Source: an uncultured Ruminococcus sp.
GTDB lineage: Bacteria; Bacillota; Clostridia; Oscillospirales; Acutalibacteraceae
DNA length: 64,000 nucleotides
NCBI GenBank assembly: GCA_902800065.1
Contig: CADCDE010000002.1
Coordinates: 107,043-171,042, forward strand
Direction of reading: 5' to 3'
Shown here: positions 18,231 through 25,902 of the stretch, piece after piece
How the letters are laid out: each line of letters begins with the position of its first letter
Position numbering within the stretch: the first letter of the stretch is position 1
Notes under the pieces: model-generated
Seen by the model: only the letters and a program-made list of their open reading frames with translations
Database searches by the model: none
What the model was told of the DNA's origin: nothing
Made by a program: the position numbers and the translations under genes

Positions 18231-20855
18231 ATGAAATGGACAGGACTTAATGAATTGAGGGAGAAATATTTGTCTTTCTTTGAATCAAAGGGACATCTTA
18301 GACTGCCGAGCTTTCCGCTTATCCCGAAAAATGACAACAGCTTACTGCTGATAAATTCGGGAATGGCTCCAATGAAAAAATATTTCACAGGTGAGGTAAC
18401 TCCTCCAAGAAAGCGTGTAACAACTTGTCAGAAGTGTATTCGTACACCTGATATTGAAAGAGTAGGTATAACAGCCCGTCACGGTACTTTCTTTGAAATG
18501 CTCGGCAATTTCTCATTTGGTGATTACTTCAAGCATGAGGCTACTGCATGGGCATGGGAATTCTGCACAAAAGAGCTTGAATTGCCAGTTGACAAAATAT
18601 GGGTATCTATCTATGAAAATGATGATGAAGCATTCGATATATGGACAAAGGAAGTAGGAGTATCTCCCGACAGAATAGTAAGACTCGGCAAAGAGGATAA
18701 TTTCTGGGAGCATGGTGAAGGTCCCTGCGGACCTTGTTCGGAATTGTATTTCGACAGAGGCGAAAAATACGGCTGCGGAAAACCCACCTGTAAAGTAGGC
18801 TGTGACTGCGACAGATATGTTGAATTCTGGAACAATGTATTCACTCAGTTCGATAATGACGGTCACAACAATTATACTCCCCTTGACCATCCTAATATTG
18901 ATACCGGTATGGGACTTGAAAGACTTGCTTGTATCATGCAGGGCGTGGATAATTTGTTCTTGGTTGATACAGTGCAGAATATTATGGGTAAAATTTCCGA
19001 ATTAGTCGGTGTAAAATACGGTGACAGTGAAAAGACCGATATTTCATTGAGAGTTATCACAGACCATATCAGAAGCACTACATTTATGATAGGTGACGGA
19101 GTAAGACCTTCCAATGAGGGCAGAGGATATGTATTGAGAAGACTTCTCCGCCGTGCGGCACGTCACGGAAGACTTCTCGGAATAACAGAACCGTTCTTGT
19201 ATAAGGTCGTAGATACAGTCGTACAGGAAAATCCCGCATATCCTGAACTTTCGGAAAAGCGTGACTGGATAGTCAAGGTTATAAAGAATGAGGAAGACAG
19301 CTTTTCAAAGACTCTCAATCAGGGCTTTGAGATGCTTGAATCAATAATAGCAAAATCCGAAATAAACAGAATTTCAGGTGAAGACGCTTTCAGACTCAAT
19401 GATACATTCGGATTCCCTGTTGATTTGCTCAAAGAGGTTGCAGCCGAAAAGGGCATGACTGTTGACATGGAGAAATATGAGGAACTGCTCAGGGAGCAGA
19501 AAAAGAGAGCAAGAGATGCCCGCAAAAATGCAGGAGCAGAGGCTTGGTTAAGTGATGCGGTTGATTTTGGCAATGTTGAAAAGACAAAATTTGTCGGATA
19601 TACAGACCTTACAGCAGATGCAAAAATCCTTGCCGTTATCAATGACGGTGAAAAAGTTGAGTTTGCAGGTACAGGCGATGAAGTTATAATTGTTCTTGAC
19701 ATCACTCCTTTCTATGCAGAGAGCGGCGGTCAGGTCGGTGATATCGGCACAATTACTACCGAAACTGCCAAAGTTGAAGTTAAAGATACAGTAAAAGACA
19801 ATAACGGCATTTATATGCACAGATGTATTGTAACAGAGGGTGCATTTGAAAACGGTGACAGTGCAAAGGCAGAAGTAAATTATGAAAAGCGTTATGCAAC
19901 TATGCGTAATCATACAGCGGCACATCTTTTGCAGGCAGCTTTGAGAAAGGTTCTCGGAACTCACGTTGAACAGGCAGGACAGCTTGTAACGTCAGATAAG
20001 CTGAGATTCGACTTCACGCATTTTTCAGCACTTACAGACAGTGAACTTAAAGAAATAGAAAAACTTGTCAATGATGAGATATTCAAGGGTATAGACGTAG
20101 TTACAAAAGAAATGCCCATTGAAGAAGCTAAAAAACTCGGTGCAATGGCATTGTTCGGTGAAAAATATGGTGATGTCGTAAGAGTTGTAATGATAGACGA
20201 ATTTTCAAAGGAATTCTGCGGCGGTACTCACATAGAAAATACGGCTAAAATAGGTTTGTTCAGAATACTCAGTGAGGGTTCTGTTGCATCAGGCGTAAGA
20301 AGAATAGAGGCAGCAACAGGCAGAGGTGTCCTTGAAATACTCGACAATTATTCAAATATCATTTCCGATTCAATGAAAGCCGTAAAAGCAACAAATATGA
20401 ACAATCTCAAATCCGTTTGTGAGCATACTGCAAATGAGCTTAAAGAAAAAGACAAGGAAATTGAAAGACTTACTTCAAAGCTCGTTGCATTGAGTATAGA
20501 CAGCCTTGTAAAGAGTGCCGAAAGTGTAAACGGTGTGAAGATAGTTAAGGGCGAATTTACGGCAAATGCAGGAACTCTCAAGATAATGCTTGACAGGGTG
20601 CTTGAATTGGAGCCTGAAGCAGTAGCTGTATTGTTCGGCAAAGACGGTGACAAGGGAAATATAGCTGTTGCGTGTGGTAAGGAAGCACTCAAAAAGGGCG
20701 GACATTCAGGAAAAATAATCAAAGAAGTAGCTGCACTTGTTAACGGTAAGGGCGGCGGTAAGCCTGAAAGAGCAATGGCAGGTGTCGGAGATGTTTCAAA
20801 GATAGGCTCTGCACTTGAAAAAGTTGATGAAATAATTTTAGGATTTATAAAATAA
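18231..20855 (+). CDS. alaS: Alanine--tRNA ligase
   Basis: 874 aa. FFESKGH, class II motifs, the HTAAHLL editing-domain motif and a C-terminal DHHA1-like GGGKPERA. Confidence 0.97.
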   Translation: MKWTGLNELREKYLSFFESKGHLRLPSFPLIPKNDNSLLLINSGMAPMKKYFTGEVTPPRKRVTTCQKCIRTPDIERVGITARHGTFFEMLGNFSFGDYFKHEATAWAWEFCTKELELPVDKIWVSIYENDDEAFDIWTKEVGVSPDRIVRLGKEDNFWEHGEGPCGPCSELYFDRGEKYGCGKPTCKVGCDCDRYVEFWNNVFTQFDNDGHNNYTPLDHPNIDTGMGLERLACIMQGVDNLFLVDTVQNIMGKISELVGVKYGDSEKTDISLRVITDHIRSTTFMIGDGVRPSNEGRGYVLRRLLRRAARHGRLLGITEPFLYKVVDTVVQENPAYPELSEKRDWIVKVIKNEEDSFSKTLNQGFEMLESIIAKSEINRISGEDAFRLNDTFGFPVDLLKEVAAEKGMTVDMEKYEELLREQKKRARDARKNAGAEAWLSDAVDFGNVEKTKFVGYTDLTADAKILAVINDGEKVEFAGTGDEVIIVLDITPFYAESGGQVGDIGTITTETAKVEVKDTVKDNNGIYMHRCIVTEGAFENGDSAKAEVNYEKRYATMRNHTAAHLLQAALRKVLGTHVEQAGQLVTSDKLRFDFTHFSALTDSELKEIEKLVNDEIFKGIDVVTKEMPIEEAKKLGAMALFGEKYGDVVRVVMIDEFSKEFCGGTHIENTAKIGLFRILSEGSVASGVRRIEAATGRGVLEILDNYSNIISDSMKAVKATNMNNLKSVCEHTANELKEKDKEIERLTSKLVALSIDSLVKSAESVNGVKIVKGEFTANAGTLKIMLDRVLELEPEAVAVLFGKDGDKGNIAVACGKEALKKGGHSGKIIKEVAALVNGKGGGKPERAMAGVGDVSKIGSALEKVDEIILGFIK

Positions 20856-20986
20856 AAAGCTGTCAGCATAATATATTTTATGCGTTATGATAAAAATTGT
20901 ATCTGTCGGTATTTATGATATTGACAGATACGATTTTTTGTGTTAAAAATAAAGTTAGAAGTGCAAAGTATGAGGAGGTAAAAATT

Positions 20987-22300
20987 ATGAAAAATCTTTT
21001 TAAAATCATGTGTGTACTTCTTGCTGTTATGATAGGTGCAAGTGTATCAATTACGGTCAATGCCGAAACGGTTGCGGAAGTCGTTACGCAGGCAACAGCG
21101 ACTTCAAAGGATATAAATACATCAAAGATAAGCACAAATTCTGTTACATTCGGATATTCCGTGACACTCACGGCAATGTCAAAGGGACTTGATACAAAGA
21201 AATGCAAATATGCATTTTTTTATAAGTATGAAGACGAAAGCTGGACAACCATACAAGGCTACAGTACACAAACAGAGGTCAACTGGAAGCCCGAAAAAAT
21301 CGGACAGTATGAAGTATGTATAAAAATACTGTGCGATTCAAAGGTATATAAGAAATACTTTAATATTCTTGTCAGTGAGGAGCTTGTAAATCTGTCTTTG
21401 GTAAGCTCTTCGCATATAAAAACGGGAGATGCAGTTACTCTCAATGCCAGAGCATCCGGAGGTTTACCGGGATATACATTCGCATATTACTGCAAAAGGG
21501 CTTACAGTGACTGGTGGACTATCCTCAATGACTACAAGGAAGCAACGTCAGTTCAGTGGAAGCCGTCCGAAAGCGGAGAATATGATATCTGTATCAAAGT
21601 AAAGGACAGCTTTGACCAAATAAGCGAAAAATATTTTACTCTGACAGTAGAAAATGAAGGGGTAAAAATTCCTTCGGAATTTTATATTGACTTAAAAGCA
21701 CCTGTTTCAGCACCGTATCAGTGGAGTTTTGATATTTCTGACAATGAAGTTATACAGTTTTCAGAAAAAGAGGAATACAGGAGTATGAGCGTACTTGATT
21801 CTTCGGTCACATTGAGATATTATTTTAAAGCTGTAAAAACGGGTGAATCCGAGATAAATATGAAATATGAGTCATACAGCGGAAAGGTATATAATATAAG
21901 CTATAAGATAACCGTTGATAGGCATTTGAATTATACGGTTGAGGATTCCAATGGAACGTATTTTTCAGGGGATATTCCTGAAATAAAGCAGGTCAAAAGA
22001 CCGTTTGAAGTAAATATGGAGCTTGCCCCGAAGGGTTATAGCTGGAAATGTGATATAAGCAACAGTAATGTTATAGAGCTTTCGGGCACAGAGAAGGTAT
22101 ACAGGCAGACCTTTACATTCAATGCACTTCGTAAGGGCTTTGCAACGATAACGCTGTCATGTTCTTCACCGTCAGATACAAATATAATATATCAGCTTAT
22201 ATATAACGTAAGTATAGATGATGATATGAATATAAATGTGGATTCGTATGACGGCTGTTATATATCTGATTACTGGATACCGCAGATAGAGCTTCTGTAA
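20987..22300 (+). CDS. Secreted protein with two Y_Y_Y-like Ig repeats and two chagasin/I42-like repeats (tentative)
   Basis: AGGAGG RBS and signal peptide MKNLFKIMCVLLAVMIGASVSITVNA. Internal duplications: KYAFFYKYEDESWTTIQGY...WKPEKIGQYEVCIKI versus YTFAYYCKRAYSDWWTILNDY...WKPSESGEYDICIKV. Confidence 0.5.
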   Translation: MKNLFKIMCVLLAVMIGASVSITVNAETVAEVVTQATATSKDINTSKISTNSVTFGYSVTLTAMSKGLDTKKCKYAFFYKYEDESWTTIQGYSTQTEVNWKPEKIGQYEVCIKILCDSKVYKKYFNILVSEELVNLSLVSSSHIKTGDAVTLNARASGGLPGYTFAYYCKRAYSDWWTILNDYKEATSVQWKPSESGEYDICIKVKDSFDQISEKYFTLTVENEGVKIPSEFYIDLKAPVSAPYQWSFDISDNEVIQFSEKEEYRSMSVLDSSVTLRYYFKAVKTGESEINMKYESYSGKVYNISYKITVDRHLNYTVEDSNGTYFSGDIPEIKQVKRPFEVNMELAPKGYSWKCDISNSNVIELSGTEKVYRQTFTFNALRKGFATITLSCSSPSDTNIIYQLIYNVSIDDDMNINVDSYDGCYISDYWIPQIELL

Positions 22301-22307
22301 AAAAATT

Positions 22308-22343
22308 ATCCTCTTGGAGCAAAATGCTTCAAGAGGATTTTTG
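22308..22343. terminator. Bidirectional terminator between convergent genes
   Basis: atcctcttg / caagaggat stem flanked by an A run and a T run. Confidence 0.7.
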
Positions 22344-22350
22344 ATTATTT

Positions 22351-22376
22351 GTCATTCCGAACGAAGTGAGGAATCT
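22351..22376 (+). repeat. REP-like 26-nt repeat copy
   Basis: GTCATTCCGAACGAAGTGAGGAATCT. Confidence 0.85.
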
Positions 22377-22383
22377 TTAAATG

Positions 22384-23340
22384 TTAAGAAAAATAAACGG
22401 TTTCTTCCTCGGGCTTCTGAGCAGGTGAAGCGTCTTTTATAAAGAACATCGGACCTACTTCATTGCCGAACATAGGGTCACGGACAGCCTTTATATCAGC
22501 GGTGATATTTTGCCAACTTTTGTTTGCGAGAGTGGAAGCCTTGTCCCACTTGCAGAGAAAGCCTACATAGCGTATATCCTCGACACAGCAGGTCATGGCG
22601 AAACGTCCGCCGACAAATGTATCATTTCCCATACGGGGACTTCTTGCAATGAGAGCCTTGAATTTGATTGTCTTACCGTCATAATTTTGAGGTTTGTCCA
22701 TAGCATCCATATAAAGCAGACCGAAATCAGTGTCTTTTACTTCTATTACATCAGCATTGATATCAAATGGGAGAGGATCGACTATATCATCTTCTTCAAC
22801 AGAGCCGTCAGTACGTTCATATATGATAGCAGAACGGCGGTTTATTGCACGGACGATTTTATGAAGATTCATTTTGTCGATACTGTCGGAATATCTGTTG
22901 AAGGCAACGAGTTCCGTGACATTTATCTTGTCATAGACAAGCTGACGCATATTGCTGTTGTACATTTCAAAGGTATTTGAGTCAGCCATCATCATTATCT
23001 GATATATCTGCCAGTTCTGAGGGAGAGCCTTGCCGAGAGTATCAAGGAGCCACATACCATTGTATTCGACCATAACTCTTTCAGCACGGGATTTTTTAAG
23101 TGCATTTTCGAGGAAAGCCGTTGTAAGCTGTTCCTGATCTTCAACTGTGACGATTGTGACATTTTTACCGCCTCTGTATTTGGAGGTATCAAGCTCTGTT
23201 TCGCCTTCTTCACAGAGGATGACAAGAGTTTTGTCACCGTTCTGGAAACGTGTATCACAGAGGGTATCGTGGATGAATTTTGTTTTACCGCTGTCAAGGA
23301 ATCCTAAAAAGAGATAGACTGGGATAGGTTTTTTTGGCAT
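22384..23340 (-). CDS. G3E/CobW-like P-loop domain fused to DUF1980-like C-terminal domain (MTCC motif)
   Basis: P-loop LGFLDSGKT, but no CxCC motif. The C-terminus GGRFAMTCCVEDIRYVGFLC resembles the CCxxD motif of the DUF1980/TIGR03943 family. Start moved to MPKKPIP. Confidence 0.6.
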   Translation of the reverse strand: MPKKPIPVYLFLGFLDSGKTKFIHDTLCDTRFQNGDKTLVILCEEGETELDTSKYRGGKNVTIVTVEDQEQLTTAFLENALKKSRAERVMVEYNGMWLLDTLGKALPQNWQIYQIMMMADSNTFEMYNSNMRQLVYDKINVTELVAFNRYSDSIDKMNLHKIVRAINRRSAIIYERTDGSVEEDDIVDPLPFDINADVIEVKDTDFGLLYMDAMDKPQNYDGKTIKFKALIARSPRMGNDTFVGGRFAMTCCVEDIRYVGFLCKWDKASTLANKSWQNITADIKAVRDPMFGNEVGPMFFIKDASPAQKPEEETVYFS

Positions 23341-23354
23341 TTGATTCACTCCAA

Positions 23355-24377
23355 TCAAGCAAGTTTAAAGAGCTTTTCAAGCTCTGATTCATTGAGCTTT
23401 GAGCCGATAACGCAGATCCTTCCTGTATAGTCTGCCGAACCTGTGCGGACATCTGATTCTTCGGGGACAAAGTCGTAGTGTATCCATGAACCGTCAACAG
23501 CAGGAACAATGCCTTTTGCACGGAGAACAAGACCATATTTTTCAGAATCGGAAAGGGCATTGAGTATGTCTGCAATTTCTTCTTTTGTATATTTTCTTGC
23601 AGTTTCCTTGCCCCAGCTTGTGAATACTTCATCAGCATGGTGGTGATGATGGTGATGATGTTCATGGTCGTGTTCACATTCGTGGTCATGGTCATGATGA
23701 TGGTGATGATGGCACTCGCATTCGGGATCGTCACATTCATCTTCATCATGTATGTCATTTACTGTGAGCAATGCTTTTCCTTCTGTTGCAGAGAGTATCT
23801 GTTCGCCCGTGATATCGTCCCAGGGAGTTGTAACGATAGCAGCCTTTTGATTATGCTCACGGAGAAGCTCAAGCACAGCATGGAGTTTTTCATCGGATAT
23901 ATTCTGAGTTCTGCTGAGAATTATAGTGCTTGCACTTTCTATCTGATTGTTGTAGAACTCGCCGAAGTTTTTCATATATACCTTGCATTTTGAAGCGTCT
24001 GCAACGGTAACAAAGCTGTTGAGCTGAACTTCATCACTTGCAACAGTTTTAACCGCATTGATAACATCGGAGAGCTTTCCGACACCTGAGGGTTCTATAA
24101 TAATTCTGTCGGGGTGATATTCGTCAAGAACTTTTGAAAGGGCAGTTCTGAAATCGCCTACAAGTGAACAGCAGATACAGCCTGAATTCATTTCGTTTAT
24201 TTTGATTCCTGCTTCCTTGAGGAAACCGCCGTCAATGCCTATTTCACCAAATTCATTTTCGATAAGAACGAGCTGTTCATTCTTGTAGCCTTCTTTGATA
24301 AGTTTTTTGATAAGAGTAGTTTTTCCGGCACCGAGAAAGCCTGAAAAAATATCGATTTTAGTCATAGAAAAATGCAC
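23355..24377 (-). CDS. COG0523/CobW-family G3E GTPase metallochaperone with His/Cys-rich insert
   Basis: GFLGAGKTTLI P-loop, the GCICCSL metal-binding CxCC motif, and the His-rich stretch DECDDPECECHHHHHHDHDHECEHDHEHHHHHHHH (nt 23634-23752). Confidence 0.88.
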   Translation of the reverse strand: MHFSMTKIDIFSGFLGAGKTTLIKKLIKEGYKNEQLVLIENEFGEIGIDGGFLKEAGIKINEMNSGCICCSLVGDFRTALSKVLDEYHPDRIIIEPSGVGKLSDVINAVKTVASDEVQLNSFVTVADASKCKVYMKNFGEFYNNQIESASTIILSRTQNISDEKLHAVLELLREHNQKAAIVTTPWDDITGEQILSATEGKALLTVNDIHDEDECDDPECECHHHHHHDHDHECEHDHEHHHHHHHHADEVFTSWGKETARKYTKEEIADILNALSDSEKYGLVLRAKGIVPAVDGSWIHYDFVPEESDVRTGSADYTGRICVIGSKLNESELEKLFKLA

Positions 24378-24441
24378 TCCTTTTAAAATTTTTATTCCGT
24401 GAAATATTATACACCATAATTACCGAAAATTCAAATTTTTT

Positions 24442-25638
24442 TTATGAAACCGTATCTTCAAAAATGAAGTCGGCTATTTTTTTTCTGAAAGAGTTCCAGT
24501 CATATATAACGATACATTCAAGACCGTCACCGTTTATCCAGATTCTGTCATAGTAGAAATCTATACCGAAATTTGAGAGATTAGGGGCGGATTCGGAAAC
24601 AATGGGATATTTGAGATAAGTTGTGATATTTGAAGCAAGTTTTGTTATCTCAGAGGTTTTGAGATTAGTAGTTATCATGGGACCTATTTCATAGATGACG
24701 GACATAACGGTAGCAAAGTCGCAGTTTTTGAGACGGTTTATCAGGATACTGATAACATTACGCTGACGCAGGGTACGCACATGGTCATCACCGCTGCATA
24801 TGCCGTCCTGACCACGATTTCGTGCGTGCCAGAGAGCCTGTCTGCCGTTGAGATGGATATTCGTAACATAGTCACCATTTTCGTTTTCATAGAACTGGAA
24901 CTGGCTTATATCTATTTCATTTCGGGTATCGACCTGGTTATTTGTCCAGCTCTGCCAGTTGATATAATCAATTTCTTCTTCTGTAAGCTCGATATCTATA
25001 CCGCCAAGAGTATCAATGATTTTTTTGAAGCTCTTAAAATCGACAACTGCATATCTGTCGATTTTGATACCGTAGTTACGCTGGACAGCCTGTACAGCAA
25101 GGCTTGCACCGCCGTAATAGAATGAGGCGTTTATTTTATTGTTTTCATATTGAGGTATTTCGACATAGGTGTCACGCATGATAGAGAGCAGTTTTAATTT
25201 TTTGTGTCGTGTGTCTATCGAAAAGAGTATCATTGTGTCTGATTGACCGCTGACCTGACCTTTTCTCGTATCCGCACCGAAAAGCATGATATTGAGTATC
25301 ATCGGATCATTCAAAAGAGTACCGCTGTAGGCGTTTACTTTATCGTCATTGATGTTGCTGGATGAATTTTTTGTTTCGCTGTCGATATTCTCATAATTCA
25401 CACGGCTTAAGAATGCATAGGCTACAAGGCAGGCTGATCCTGACAATATCATTATGGCACTCATAGCAATGGCAATAAAATTGAACAGGAAATATTTGGT
25501 TGAAGTTCTTTTTTTTCTGCTTTTGGAATTTATGTTTTTTTGAGGTCGTGGATTTCTCCGATAGTCATTTTGTGTATCGTTCTGTTTGTAGGGATTGTAA
25601 AAATACACTTCTTCTTTTTGATCATTATTTTCGGTCAT
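24442..25638 (-). CDS. LytR-CpsA-Psr (LCP) family cell-wall glycopolymer transferase
   Basis: N-terminal TM, then LFGADTRKGQVSGQSDTMILFSID...LSIMRDTYV...AVVDFKSFKKIIDTLGGIDI. Confidence 0.85.
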   Translation of the reverse strand: MTENNDQKEEVYFYNPYKQNDTQNDYRRNPRPQKNINSKSRKKRTSTKYFLFNFIAIAMSAIMILSGSACLVAYAFLSRVNYENIDSETKNSSSNINDDKVNAYSGTLLNDPMILNIMLFGADTRKGQVSGQSDTMILFSIDTRHKKLKLLSIMRDTYVEIPQYENNKINASFYYGGASLAVQAVQRNYGIKIDRYAVVDFKSFKKIIDTLGGIDIELTEEEIDYINWQSWTNNQVDTRNEIDISQFQFYENENGDYVTNIHLNGRQALWHARNRGQDGICSGDDHVRTLRQRNVISILINRLKNCDFATVMSVIYEIGPMITTNLKTSEITKLASNITTYLKYPIVSESAPNLSNFGIDFYYDRIWINGDGLECIVIYDWNSFRKKIADFIFEDTVS

Positions 25639-25902
25639 AGCGGAACATCTCCTTATAAAGAATCGTCTGAGAATTATTATATATCAAAAATACTGAATTA
25701 TCAAATAAAAAACGAAAAAATGTCGTGATAAATATTTTCAGTAGAAAAATCTGGTATAATATAGTAAAAATTGACAGTTGATGCAAGTAATAGTGTAGAA
25801 TAATCTATTATAAAAAAAATCAAATTATTATAGTAATGTAGATTTTTTAAAAAATATGTGGTACAATAAAAGGAGTTTTAAAAAACAGAGGAGGAAAATA
25901 AA

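Noticed and set aside
19319-20869. Long antisense ORFs (128, 138 and 173 aa) inside alaS. Similar antisense ORFs occur inside pepV (29382-30005), the Ca-ATPase gene and the FtsX permease gene.
   Set aside because: They are fully embedded opposite strongly supported conserved genes. They have Ser/Leu/Phe-rich low-complexity content and no RBS.
23294-23993. Overlapping ORFs (154 aa on the minus strand, 118 aa on the plus strand) with Met/Val/Thr/Ile runs inside the COG0523 gene.
   Set aside because: They are frame-shifted or antisense readings of the CAT/CAC His-run. The COG0523 frame carries the conserved GTPase and CxCC motifs.
24412-24426. A possible Zur box (TCGGTAATTATGGTG on the minus strand) overlapping the putative promoter of the COG0523 operon.
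   Set aside because: Only one half-site resembles the Firmicute Zur consensus (TCGTAAT-N-ATTACGA) and the second half is poor. The match is too weak to call without a position-weight-matrix scan.
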